This document shows positions 10,660 to 20,385 of a stretch of 64,000 bases of DNA, piece after piece. Source of the stretch: Bacilli bacterium (GTDB lineage: Bacteria > Bacillota_I > Bacilli_A > RF39 > UBA660); NCBI GenBank assembly GCA_017398945.1, contig JAFQES010000008.1, forward strand, positions 15,565 to 79,564, written 5' to 3'. Position numbers and translations under genes: made by a program. The notes beneath the pieces were generated by a model. It was not told the DNA's origin, searched no databases, and saw only the letters and a list, made by a program, of their open reading frames with translations. Each line of letters opens with the position of its first letter. The stretch's first letter is position 1.

Positions 10660-11337
10660 ATGGCTGATGTAGTAAAAATTGAAGATCGTTCATTATGCGC
10701 TGAATGCGGCGGACAATGTTGCAAAAAATGTGGTTGTGATTTATTTATATCTGATATTGAAAAACCAGAATATGATTATATTAATAAGTTATTAGATAGC
10801 GGACGAGTTTCAATTGTATCAAGAATATATGTTTTGCCGTTAAAAAATGGCTCATACGCTATAAATCCATTTTTACATTTAAGAACTAGAAATATTGATA
10901 GAGAGGCAATAGATTTATTTTCTTTGAAAAAAACATGTGCATCATTAGAAGATGATGGTTGTTTTTGGGATTTATACCACCGACCAAGCGGAGCAACTCA
11001 TATTAAACCATCAAAAAATGCAGCTGGAGAGTTTACATGCAAGCCTACATTAGATCACAAAGCAGAAATAAAAAAATGGGAAAAATACCAAAAACTACTA
11101 GCTAAAATTGTTAAAGAAAGAACCGGTAACACAGTATATGAACAACTAAGATTAGATGTTATAAAAACATTTAATGACATATTAAATAGAAATTTTGAAG
11201 GAGTTAGCAAAGAAGCTTTAGAAGAGTTCGAAGAAATATTTCCAGTATTAAAATCAAGATATGCTGATGAATATAAAATCGCTCAAGAAACTTATAAAAA
11301 ACAGAACCCATTGCTTCTTAGAATTCATCGTCAATAA
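10660..11337 (+). CDS. CxxCxxCC-motif (YkgJ/UPF0153-like) zinc/iron-chelating domain protein with a helical C-terminal extension
   Basis: CAECGGQCCKKCGC near the N-terminus and CASLEDDGCFWDLYHRPSG downstream. This matches the two-part Cys pattern of the YkgJ family. Confidence 0.7.
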   Translation: MADVVKIEDRSLCAECGGQCCKKCGCDLFISDIEKPEYDYINKLLDSGRVSIVSRIYVLPLKNGSYAINPFLHLRTRNIDREAIDLFSLKKTCASLEDDGCFWDLYHRPSGATHIKPSKNAAGEFTCKPTLDHKAEIKKWEKYQKLLAKIVKERTGNTVYEQLRLDVIKTFNDILNRNFEGVSKEALEEFEEIFPVLKSRYADEYKIAQETYKKQNPLLLRIHRQ

Positions 11338-11349
11338 TTATTAAATTAA

Positions 11350-11378
11350 TTGACTAAACAACAAAAAAGTTATAAAAT
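11350..11378 (+). promoter_or_regulatory. Promoter of the hisS-aspS leader
   Basis: TTGACT (11350-11355), 17 nt spacer, TAAAAT (11373-11378). Confidence 0.5.
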
Positions 11379-11384
11379 AAAAAT

Positions 11385-11582
11385 ATAGTTTTTCTATGGA
11401 AAGACAAGTAATTTATTATTTAAAGTTTACAGAGAAGACGGATGGTGCAAAAGTCTAACAAAAATAATAAACGAAGACACTTTCATAATTAGAAACGCTT
11501 GCGAGCGATAAAATATTAAGACCTAGAAGTAAGGTGGCACCGCGGGATTATCTCGCCCTTACACGCTAGGTCTTTTTTTAGA
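11385..11582 (+). promoter_or_regulatory. T-box riboswitch leader (His specifier) controlling hisS-aspS
   Basis: AGAGA and GGTGCAA stem-I elements. GAA-GA-CAC specifier context (CAC at 11478-11480). T-box core AAGGTGGCACCGCGG at 11531-11545. Terminator aagacctag/ctaggtctt followed by a T-run (11518-11581). Confidence 0.85.
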
Positions 11583-11595
11583 AAGAAGGATAAAA

Positions 11596-12861
11596 ATGAT
11601 AACAAAACCCAAGGGAACTTATGACATTTTAGGAAAAGATGCAGTAATTAACGGATATTACAACGACATATGTGAAAGTTACGCTAAATTATATAACTTT
11701 AATTATGTTAGAACCCCAATTTTTGAAAGCAGTGACTTATATCATAGAAGTGTAGGAGAAACCAGTGATATTGTCACAAAAGAAACCTATGATTTTAAAG
11801 ATCGTTCTGAAAGAAATATGACATTACGCCCAGAAGGAACAGCTGGAGTAGTAAGATGTTTAATCGAAAATAAATTATACGGAAACAGAAATGACGCGAT
11901 AAAACTTTATTATAATGGCACAATGTATCGTTACGAAAGACCACAAGCAGGAAGAAACCGTGAATTTACTCAATTCGGCATTGAAATGTTTAATTCAAAT
12001 GACCCTTTAAGTGACGCTGAAGTAATTAGTATCGGTTATAACATTTTACAAGAATTAGGAATTGAATCATTAGTTGTAAATATAAACTCTTTAGGAGATA
12101 AAGAATCACGCCAAAACTACACAAAAGCTCTAGTTGATTATTTAACTCCAAGAATAAATGAATTATGTGAAGATTGCCAAAAAAGGCTTAAAACTAATCC
12201 ACTACGTATACTAGATTGTAAATATGATCAAAATAATGAAATTCTAAAAAACGTTCCTAAAATGACTGATTATTTAAATGAAGAAAGCCAAAAAAGATTT
12301 AAAGAAGTATTAAATAATCTAGATGTTTTAGAAGTTGATTATGTTGTAAATCCTAATATTGTTAGAGGACTAGATTATTATGATCACACTGTTTTTGAAT
12401 TCATTTTAGAAGATAAAGGTATCACTTTAGGAGCAGGCGGACGATATAATAGCCTAGTTAAAGAGCTTGGAGGCCCTGAAATACCAGCCGTTGGTTTTGC
12501 TTTTGGAAATGAACGTATCATAAATGAATTAAAAGAACATTCAGTATTTAGTGAACTACCTGAAGATTATCAAGGTAATGTTGATGTATATATTATGTCT
12601 GTTAGCGACGAAGAAAAACTAAATGCTTTAAAAATAAGTCAAAATTTACGTTTAAATGGAATTAGTTGTGAAATTAATTCGAATAATCTAAGCATGAAAA
12701 GTCAATTTAAAATAGCAGATAAATTAAATGCTAAACAATTAATCATTTTAAATAGTGAAGACTTACAAAAAGGTTTAATTAATATTAAAGATAACGCTAC
12801 TAAAGAAGAACAAAAAATTGATGAAGACGAAGTAGTAGAATACTTAGTTGGAATATTATAA
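11596..12861 (+). CDS. hisS: Histidine--tRNA ligase
   Basis: Class II aaRS HisRS motifs: GTYDIL, MTLRPEGTAGVVR, MYRYERPQAGRNREFTQFG, GGRYNSL, AVGFAFG. Confidence 0.93.
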   Translation: MITKPKGTYDILGKDAVINGYYNDICESYAKLYNFNYVRTPIFESSDLYHRSVGETSDIVTKETYDFKDRSERNMTLRPEGTAGVVRCLIENKLYGNRNDAIKLYYNGTMYRYERPQAGRNREFTQFGIEMFNSNDPLSDAEVISIGYNILQELGIESLVVNINSLGDKESRQNYTKALVDYLTPRINELCEDCQKRLKTNPLRILDCKYDQNNEILKNVPKMTDYLNEESQKRFKEVLNNLDVLEVDYVVNPNIVRGLDYYDHTVFEFILEDKGITLGAGGRYNSLVKELGGPEIPAVGFAFGNERIINELKEHSVFSELPEDYQGNVDVYIMSVSDEEKLNALKISQNLRLNGISCEINSNNLSMKSQFKIADKLNAKQLIILNSEDLQKGLINIKDNATKEEQKIDEDEVVEYLVGIL

Positions 12862-12874
12862 AAAGGTGATTAAA

Positions 12875-14614
12875 ATGAAAAATAAATATAGAACTATATA
12901 TTGTGGTGAAGTTACTAAAGAATATGTAGGTACTGAAGTAAGAGTAGCAGGTTGGGTTGATTCAATTAGAAACCTAGGAAGCTTAATGTTTATGGTAGTA
13001 AGAGATGAAACCGGAATAGTTCAATTAATTAGTAATGAACCAGAAAAATTTGCTGATGTTACAAGAGAAAGTACTATAACAGTAACAGGAATAGTAAATA
13101 AAAGAACTGATGATATGATTAATCCTAATATGAAAACCGGGGAAATTGAAATTGAAATTAAAGAATTTGAAATTTTAGGCAAATGTGCTAGTACTTTACC
13201 ATTTGAAATAAAAAAATCGAAAGAATCATTTGAAGATACTAGATTAAAATATCGTTATTTAGATTTAAGAAACAAAGAAGTACATGACCGCATTTTATTT
13301 AGAACTGAAGTAATAGATTTTATTAGACAAACTATGAAATCAATGAAATTTACCGAAATTCAAACCCCAATTATAACAGCATCATCTCCTGAAGGAGCAA
13401 GAGATTTTATTATCCCTTCAAGAAAGTATAAAGGAAAATTTTATGCTCTTCCTCAAGCCCCTCAAATATTTAAGCAATTATTGATGGTATCAGGTTTTGA
13501 TAAATATTTTCAAATAGCACCATGCTTTAGAGATGAAGACCCAAGAAGCGATCGTTTATACGGAGAATTTTATCAATTAGACTTAGAAATGAGTTTTGCT
13601 ACCGAAGAAGATGTTTATGAAGTAGGTGAAAAAATATTTTATGATATCTTCACAAAATTTGGTGATAAAGAAGTAAGTCCACTTCCATTTAGAAGAATAC
13701 CTTATAAAGAAGCAATGCTAAGATATGGAACTGATAAACCTGACTTAAGAAATCCATTAATTATTGAAGAACTAACTGATATCTTTGCAAATACAACTTT
13801 TGCTCCATTTACAAACACAACAATTAGAGGTATTAAAGTAGAAAATATTGAAAAATCTAACTCTTGGTATAAAAGTATGGAAGAATATATTAAAAGCATT
13901 GGTGGTTCAGGGTTAGCTTATATCAAAGTAAATGAAGATATGACTTTTAAATCATCTTTAGATAAATTTTTAACTGATGAAGAAAGAAAAAGTCTCATAG
14001 AAAGAATGAATCTGACTCCAAATTCAGTTTTATTCATTGTAGCTGATAAGAAAAAATGTGCCAAATTAACTGGTATGTTAAGAGATAAACTAGGTTTAGA
14101 ATTAGATTTAATAGATAAAAATAAGTTTGAATTCTGTATCATTAACGATTTCCCATTCTATGAAGAAAATGAAGAAGAAGGGACAATTGATTTTTCTCAC
14201 AACCCATTTAGTATGCCTCAAGGAGGAATGGATGCTTTAAATAATAAAAATCCATTAGATATTTTAGCTTATCAATACGATTTCGTTTGTAATGGATACG
14301 AAATGGCTTCTGGTGGTGTACGTAATCACAGCACAGAAATGTTAAGAAAAGCATTTGAAATAGCTGGTTATGATGAAGAAGTTGTCAAATCGAAATTCCC
14401 ATCTTTATATACAGCATTCAATTTTGGAGCTCCTCCTCACGCTGGTATGGCGCCTGGCATTGATCGTATCTTAATGCTTTTAAAAGATGAAGAAAATATA
14501 AGAGAAATGGTGGCATTCCCACTAAGCGCTAACGGATCTGATGCAATGATGGGATGTCCTGGTGAAGTATTTGAAAAACAACTTCGGGAAACTCATATAA
14601 AAATAAGAGATTAA
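12875..14614 (+). CDS. aspS: Aspartate--tRNA ligase
   Basis: GWV..IRNLGSLMFMVVRD, YRYLDLR, FIIPSR, ALPQAPQIFKQLLM, QIAPCFRDEDPRSDR, FSHNPF, GGVRNH, GAPPHAGMAPGIDR. GGTGA SD before ATG 12875. Confidence 0.93.
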   Translation: MKNKYRTIYCGEVTKEYVGTEVRVAGWVDSIRNLGSLMFMVVRDETGIVQLISNEPEKFADVTRESTITVTGIVNKRTDDMINPNMKTGEIEIEIKEFEILGKCASTLPFEIKKSKESFEDTRLKYRYLDLRNKEVHDRILFRTEVIDFIRQTMKSMKFTEIQTPIITASSPEGARDFIIPSRKYKGKFYALPQAPQIFKQLLMVSGFDKYFQIAPCFRDEDPRSDRLYGEFYQLDLEMSFATEEDVYEVGEKIFYDIFTKFGDKEVSPLPFRRIPYKEAMLRYGTDKPDLRNPLIIEELTDIFANTTFAPFTNTTIRGIKVENIEKSNSWYKSMEEYIKSIGGSGLAYIKVNEDMTFKSSLDKFLTDEERKSLIERMNLTPNSVLFIVADKKKCAKLTGMLRDKLGLELDLIDKNKFEFCIINDFPFYEENEEEGTIDFSHNPFSMPQGGMDALNNKNPLDILAYQYDFVCNGYEMASGGVRNHSTEMLRKAFEIAGYDEEVVKSKFPSLYTAFNFGAPPHAGMAPGIDRILMLLKDEENIREMVAFPLSANGSDAMMGCPGEVFEKQLRETHIKIRD

Positions 14615-14631
14615 AAAGAAAGGTGATTAAT

Positions 14632-16005
14632 ATGGATATTAAAGATTTATTTGACAATATAGAAAAATATTTAGATCAAGAAATAGAGATAAATGGATGG
14701 ATTAGAAACCACCGTCGTCAAAAAGAATTTGGTTTTATTGATTTCTATGATGGAACATGTTTTGGTACTATCCAAGTAGTATACGATAATAAATTAGAAA
14801 ACTTTGATGAAATTCAAAAAATGCTTGTGGGAAGCGCCCTACAAGTTAAAGGAACATTAATTAAATCAAATGGAAATCAAGATGTTGAAGTTCAAGCAAA
14901 AGACATAACCTTGCTTGGAGCGTGTCCAGATGATTATCCAATTCAACCAAAAAGACATACTAATGAATTCTTAAGAAGTGTAGCTTATTTAAGACCAAGA
15001 ACAAATCTATATAATAGTATTTTTAGAGTACGTAATGTGGCTTCATATGCAATTCATAAATATTTTCAAGAACACAACTATGTATACGTTCAAACTCCAT
15101 TAATTACGACTGCCGATTGCGAAGGCTCTGATCAAATGTTTAAAGTTACTACTTTAGATATGAATAACATTCCTAAAGAAGAAGGAAAAGCTAACTTTAA
15201 AGAAGACTTATTTGGCAAACAAGCTTATATAACAGGTTCAGGACAGTTACATGGTGAAACTTTTGCAATGGCTTATAAAAAGATTTATACATTTGGACCA
15301 ACATTTAGAACTGAAAACTCTAATACTAAAATTCACGCTAACGAATTTTGGATGATCGAACCAGAAATAGCATTCTGTGATTTAGAAGGTTTAATGAATA
15401 TTGAAGAAGATATGCTTAAATACGTTGTAGGGTATGTTTTAGATAAATGTTCTAAAGAAATAGATTTCTTCGATAAATTTGTTAATCCTGGACTTAAAGA
15501 TAAACTAACTAAACTAGTAAATAGTAAATTTACTAAAATTTCACATAAAGAAGCGGTTGATTTACTTTTAGCAGCCGATCGCAAATGGGAATTTTTACCG
15601 TCTTATGAAGACGACATTGCTAAAGAACATGAAAAGTACTTAACTGAATACTTTAATGGCCCAGTATTCATTACAAACTGGCCAAAAGATATCAAAGCTT
15701 GGTATATGAAACTTAATGATGACGGTAAAACTGTTGCTGCCGTAGATTTAGTAGTTCCTGAAGCTGGTGAATTAATGGGCGGAAGTCAAAGAGAAGAAAA
15801 TTACGATGTTTTAATGGAAAGAGCCAAAGAACTAGGTGTAGATGTTGATTCAGTTTCTTGGTACATGAATTTAAGAAAATATGGTACATGTGTTCATGCC
15901 GGATTTGGAATGGGATTTGAAAGATTATTAATCTATTTAACAGGAGTAGATAATATTCGTGATGTAATTCCATATCCTAGAACACCAGGAAACTGTGAAT
16001 ATTAA
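14632..16005 (+). CDS. asnS: Asparagine--tRNA ligase
   Basis: INGWIRNHRRQKEFGFIDFYDG, LRPRTN, FRVRN, TPLITTADCEG, FGPTFRTENSNT..HANEFWMIEPE, GGSQRE, HAGFGMGFERL. Confidence 0.9.
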   Translation: MDIKDLFDNIEKYLDQEIEINGWIRNHRRQKEFGFIDFYDGTCFGTIQVVYDNKLENFDEIQKMLVGSALQVKGTLIKSNGNQDVEVQAKDITLLGACPDDYPIQPKRHTNEFLRSVAYLRPRTNLYNSIFRVRNVASYAIHKYFQEHNYVYVQTPLITTADCEGSDQMFKVTTLDMNNIPKEEGKANFKEDLFGKQAYITGSGQLHGETFAMAYKKIYTFGPTFRTENSNTKIHANEFWMIEPEIAFCDLEGLMNIEEDMLKYVVGYVLDKCSKEIDFFDKFVNPGLKDKLTKLVNSKFTKISHKEAVDLLLAADRKWEFLPSYEDDIAKEHEKYLTEYFNGPVFITNWPKDIKAWYMKLNDDGKTVAAVDLVVPEAGELMGGSQREENYDVLMERAKELGVDVDSVSWYMNLRKYGTCVHAGFGMGFERLLIYLTGVDNIRDVIPYPRTPGNCEY

Positions 16006-16016
16006 GGAGGTATATT

Positions 16017-16313
16017 ATGAGTAAATTTACCAAAGAAATGGTAGATGATTATGCAAATAAATTATTAATCGGCCTTACGGAAGAAGAAAATAAATTAGTT
16101 TTAGATGAGTTTGAGCAAATTGATAAACAAATCGACTTAATAAATGAAATTCCTAATATTGAAAATGTAACTCCAATGACTCATGCATTAGATAATTTTG
16201 TAACTTTCTTAAGAGATGATGAAGCAAAAACATCTGATGATATTGATGATATTTTGGCTAATGCTAAAGATGTTGAAGGAAGAGAAATTCAAATTCCAAA
16301 GGTGGTTGATTAA
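16017..16313 (+). CDS. gatC: Glu/Asp-tRNA amidotransferase subunit C
   Basis: 98 aa, A.LL.GLTEEE...F..I......EI...NV.P. Sits directly upstream of gatA/gatB. Confidence 0.85.
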   Translation: MSKFTKEMVDDYANKLLIGLTEEENKLVLDEFEQIDKQIDLINEIPNIENVTPMTHALDNFVTFLRDDEAKTSDDIDDILANAKDVEGREIQIPKVVD

Positions 16314-16314
16314 G

Positions 16315-17781
16315 ATGTCTAATATGAATAAAACAATTAAAGAATTACACGAGCTTTTAAAAAATGGTGAAATTACTAGTGAAGAATTAGTCAAAGAATC
16401 ATTAGAAAAAGCTCACCAATTACAAGAAGAGTGTAATGCTTTCGTAACAATTATTGATGATGCTAATCCAGAAAAAGTAACAGATAACTTACTTTCAGGA
16501 ATTCCTTATGGAATAAAAGATAACTATAGTACTAAAGGAATACTAACTACTGGTTCTTCAAACACTTTAAAAGATTATATTCCGTACTTTAACGCAACTG
16601 CCATTGAAAAGTTAAATAAAGCTGGGGCAGTTAAAGTAACCAAAACAGTTATGGATGAATTTGGCATGGGTGGAACCGGAACTACAGGGCACACTGGAAT
16701 AGTTCTAAATCCATGGGACAAAACTCGAATTTGTGCCGGTTCTTCTGCCGGAAGTGCTTGTGCAGTTGCTGCTGGAGTATTTCCTTATGCTTTAGGTACA
16801 GATACAGGCGATTCTATTCGTAAACCAGCTGCTTACTGTGGAATTGTTGGATATAAACCAACCTACGGAATGATATCACGTTACGGGGTATTTCCTTTTG
16901 CATCTAGCTTAGATCACCTAGGAGTGCTAGCAAGAAATGTCGAAGACTGTGCTATTGTTGTGGACGAAATGAAAGGCATAGATGAAAAAGATATGACTTC
17001 GTGGGATTCAAAAAATATCAATTTATTTGCCAATTTAAAAGAAGAAACTGAAGGCAAAAAACTTTGTTATATTAAAGAATTATGTGATATTTCTAGTTAT
17101 CCAAATGCTGATGAAGAATTAAGACTTCACTTAGAAAACTTTCATAAAACTATTCAAAAATGCCGTAACTTAGGTATAGAAGTTGAAGAAGTAAGCGTAG
17201 ATAGAAAATTATTAAATGCTTTATTTAGTTCTTATATCGTTATTTATTCAGCAGAAGCATCAAGCAATATGAGCAATTTAACAGGTATTATTTTTGGACC
17301 TCGTGGAAATGCTGATAACTACATTGATATGATTAAAGATCATCGAACAAATGGTTTTTCAACGTTGATTAAAAGAAGATTTATAATTGGTTCATATGTT
17401 CTTCAAAAAGAAAATATGGAAAGATATTTTAAAAATGCCCAAAGAATCAGAAGACTAGCAGTTGATATTTGGAAAGATTTATATAAAAAATACGATGCAG
17501 TTATATCCCCAGTAGGAATTGGACCAGCTAAAAAAATAGAAGATATTAATAAATCGCACGATACAAATACTGTAACTTTAGATGAATATCTATGTATTGC
17601 CAATTTTGGAGGATTCCCATCAATTACAATTCCTAATGGTTTTGTAAATAATTTACCAGTAGGAGTAAACATTACCGGAAACTGTTTTGATGATTCCAAC
17701 GTTTTAAATATCGCCTATACATTAGAAAATGCCTTAGGATACAAAAATCAAATTGCAAAGGAAGTGAAAAATAATGAGTAA
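16315..17781 (+). CDS. gatA: Glu/Asp-tRNA amidotransferase subunit A
   Basis: Amidase signature GGSSAGSA-like (AGSSAGSACAVAAG), IPYGIKDN, GTDTGDSIRKPA. AAGGTGG SD before ATG 16315. The longer track ORF (16216) overlaps gatC and is not preferred. Confidence 0.92.
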   Translation: MSNMNKTIKELHELLKNGEITSEELVKESLEKAHQLQEECNAFVTIIDDANPEKVTDNLLSGIPYGIKDNYSTKGILTTGSSNTLKDYIPYFNATAIEKLNKAGAVKVTKTVMDEFGMGGTGTTGHTGIVLNPWDKTRICAGSSAGSACAVAAGVFPYALGTDTGDSIRKPAAYCGIVGYKPTYGMISRYGVFPFASSLDHLGVLARNVEDCAIVVDEMKGIDEKDMTSWDSKNINLFANLKEETEGKKLCYIKELCDISSYPNADEELRLHLENFHKTIQKCRNLGIEVEEVSVDRKLLNALFSSYIVIYSAEASSNMSNLTGIIFGPRGNADNYIDMIKDHRTNGFSTLIKRRFIIGSYVLQKENMERYFKNAQRIRRLAVDIWKDLYKKYDAVISPVGIGPAKKIEDINKSHDTNTVTLDEYLCIANFGGFPSITIPNGFVNNLPVGVNITGNCFDDSNVLNIAYTLENALGYKNQIAKEVKNNE

Positions 17782-19201
17782 ATATGAAGCAACAATCGGT
17801 TTAGAACTTCACTGCGAATTAAAAAGTAACTCAAAAGTTTTTTCCCCTTCTAAAAATAGCTATGATGTAACACCAAATAACAATGTTTGTGCTATTGATT
17901 TAGCATTTCCCGGAACATTACCGGTCGTTAATAAAGAATGTGTAAAAAAGGCTTTAATGATGAGTATGGCATTAAATTGTAAACAACCAGAATATATGTG
18001 TTTTGATCGTAAAAACTATTATTACCCCGATCTACCTAAGGGATACCAAATTACGCAATTTTATAATCCTGTTGGTACAAATGGAGAAATTTTAATTAAC
18101 TACGATGGTAAAGAAGTTCCAATTAAAATCCATGAAATTCATTTAGAAGAGGATACCGCAGCTCTAGAACACTTATATAATACAACTACCCTTGATTATA
18201 ATAGAGCAGGGGTCCCACTATTAGAACTAGTAACTGAACCTTGTATCACTTGTGCAGAGGAAGCTATTGCATTTATTGAAACAATTATTGGAATGTATCG
18301 TTATTGCGACATATCTGAAGTAGATACCAAAAAAGGCCAATTAAGATGTGACGTTAACGTATCAATCAAAGAAGTAGGAAGTAATGAATTAGGAACTAAA
18401 GTTGAAGTTAAAAATGTTAATTCCCTTTCTAATATTGCCAAAACAATTGATTATGAAATTGAAAGACAAACAGCTTTAGCAGAAGCAGGTCAATATGATG
18501 AAGTTGTTCAAGAAACGAGAAGATTTGATGAAGCTACTGGCGCAACTATCCATATGCGTTCCAAAGCTGATGCCATCGACTATAAATATTTTCCTGAGCC
18601 AAATATTCCTCCAATTAAAATTGATGCACAATGGTTAGAAGATATCAGAAGAGAAATTCCTGCGCTTCAAAACGAAAGAAGAAAAATCTATACAAGCGAG
18701 TATGGATTAGACGAATATGATACAAATATTATTATTAAAGATAAAAAACATGCTGATTATTTTGAAAAATGTATAGAAATTGGCATTGATGCTAAAACCG
18801 CGTCTAACTGGTTTATTGTTCAAATTTTAGGTTATTTAAATAAAAATTATCTAGATATTACAGAATTTTATTTAAAACCTGAAGATTTAAAAGTAATTAT
18901 AGATGAAATTAATAAAGGAACCATTTCAAATAAACAAGCAAAAGAAATATTTACTAAAGCTTGTGATGAAAAAGTTAGTCCAACAAAATTAATTTCCCAA
19001 GAAGATAGCCAAATATCTGATAAGAATAAATTAGAAGAAATCATCGAAAATATATTAAATAATAATCAAGCTCAAATTGAATCATATCATAACGGAAAAA
19101 CAAACCTTTTTGATTTCTTTGTTGGACAAGTTATGAAAGAAACTAGAGGAAAAGCTAATCCAGTTATAACAAAAGAAATTTTAAATGAAAAATTGAAATA
19201 A
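17774..19201 (+). CDS. gatB: Glu/Asp-tRNA amidotransferase subunit B
   Basis: YEATIGLELH.EL, DRKNYYYPDLPKGYQITQ, HLEEDTA, DYNRAGVPLLE, RCDVNVS, NVNS, C-terminal YqeY-like tail GKANP. Confidence 0.93.
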   Translation: MSKYEATIGLELHCELKSNSKVFSPSKNSYDVTPNNNVCAIDLAFPGTLPVVNKECVKKALMMSMALNCKQPEYMCFDRKNYYYPDLPKGYQITQFYNPVGTNGEILINYDGKEVPIKIHEIHLEEDTAALEHLYNTTTLDYNRAGVPLLELVTEPCITCAEEAIAFIETIIGMYRYCDISEVDTKKGQLRCDVNVSIKEVGSNELGTKVEVKNVNSLSNIAKTIDYEIERQTALAEAGQYDEVVQETRRFDEATGATIHMRSKADAIDYKYFPEPNIPPIKIDAQWLEDIRREIPALQNERRKIYTSEYGLDEYDTNIIIKDKKHADYFEKCIEIGIDAKTASNWFIVQILGYLNKNYLDITEFYLKPEDLKVIIDEINKGTISNKQAKEIFTKACDEKVSPTKLISQEDSQISDKNKLEEIIENILNNNQAQIESYHNGKTNLFDFFVGQVMKETRGKANPVITKEILNEKLK

Positions 19202-19291
19202 TTTACATAACATTTTACACACATATTTAAAAAAATATATATATTAATTCATTAATTTATTATAATAAATATATGAGGGAGCTAGAAATTT

Positions 19292-19762
19292 ATGAAAAGT
19301 CTATTTAATATTTTTAAAAAAGATAAAGAAAAACAAAGAATTATAGTAAAAATTAAAAACGGGAATGAAATATGGGAGACAAAATTAAGCAGTATATATA
19401 ATTTTGACAACTCAATGAAACCTATTGTTTTAACGATACCCGCTAATAAAGAAACAATTTCTATAACTGACGAAGACATTATATCAATGATTCAATTTAT
19501 TATGAGAAATTATCCAAACAAAGGTTTTGAACAGGCAATACAATCACTTGGAAAAATTAACATAATGTTTGCAATAGGAATTATGCCAGAAATTTTTACA
19601 GATATGACATTTAATTATGTTGATCCAACTAAAGTCACAGAAGGATTTCAATATTTTACTTCAGTAATTTTAAAAGGCGACAATAATACATCTATAGGTA
19701 CAGGTATTTTCTTTAACGTTGTAAAAGAAGAAAATATCAATAAGTATTTCACAGCAAATTAA
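19292..19762 (+). CDS. Hypothetical 156-aa protein, first gene of the accessory island after gatB
   Basis: GAGGGAG SD. No recognisable motif. The N-terminus MKSLFNIFKKDKEK resembles that of the next ORF (FSLFKKRKNN). Confidence 0.6.
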   Translation: MKSLFNIFKKDKEKQRIIVKIKNGNEIWETKLSSIYNFDNSMKPIVLTIPANKETISITDEDIISMIQFIMRNYPNKGFEQAIQSLGKINIMFAIGIMPEIFTDMTFNYVDPTKVTEGFQYFTSVILKGDNNTSIGTGIFFNVVKEENINKYFTAN

Positions 19763-19792
19763 AATATTTATAAAAATAGAGGTGATAATAAA

Positions 19793-20329
19793 GTGTTTAG
19801 TTTATTTAAAAAAAGAAAAAACAATATAATATTTGAATCAAATGTAAATAATTTTGATGAAAACAAACTAAATATAATTTACGAAAGGCTAACTAATTAC
19901 AAAGATAATTGCAATACATATGAACCAATATCAAACGTAGAAATAGAATCCAAGAATATTATTATTGGAGAAAAGTTACTTGTTAAAATTCCAAATGATT
20001 ACAAACAACTATTACAAAAAAGCAATGGTATTTATTTTGGAAATGGTATTAAATTATTAAACTGCGATGAAATTTTAGAAGAAACTGTAATTTTTAAAGA
20101 TATGATGGAAGATTGGGAAATTGGAAGAATTACTAAGCCGTTTTTAGAAATTATCAGATATCATGACGGCAATGGATTTGTTTTTTGGTATTCTGAAATC
20201 AATAAATATGTTGTTGCAGATTACATAACTGATTATGAGTTGGATGATTTAAAATCTCTTAAAACATTTGATAATATATGCGAAGTAATAGAAGATCTAG
20301 AAAATAGATACATAAAAAGAGTAAATTAA
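19793..20329 (+). CDS. SMI1/KNR4 (SUKH-1) family protein, immunity-protein-like
   Basis: GTG start after a GAGGTGA SD. SUKH-1 hallmark IPNDYKQLLQKSNGIYFGNGIKLL, plus a downstream aromatic-rich beta region (GNGFVFWYSE). Confidence 0.65.
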   Translation: MFSLFKKRKNNIIFESNVNNFDENKLNIIYERLTNYKDNCNTYEPISNVEIESKNIIIGEKLLVKIPNDYKQLLQKSNGIYFGNGIKLLNCDEILEETVIFKDMMEDWEIGRITKPFLEIIRYHDGNGFVFWYSEINKYVVADYITDYELDDLKSLKTFDNICEVIEDLENRYIKRVN

Positions 20330-20351
20330 TTTTTACTTTTTTTATTTGCTA

Positions 20352-20360
20352 TGGTATAAT
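20352..20360 (+). promoter_or_regulatory. Extended -10 promoter element (TGgTATAAT) upstream of the HerA-like gene
   Basis: tggtataat at 20352-20360, 26 nt before ATG 20386, followed by an AGAGG SD. Confidence 0.45.
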
Positions 20361-20385
20361 TTTATACATAATAGAGGTGACTAGT

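Noticed and set aside
16216-16314. Long N-terminal extension of gatA (track start 16216)
   Set aside because: The extension overlaps gatC in another frame. ATG 16315 follows an AAGGTGG SD and gives the conserved GatA N-terminus.
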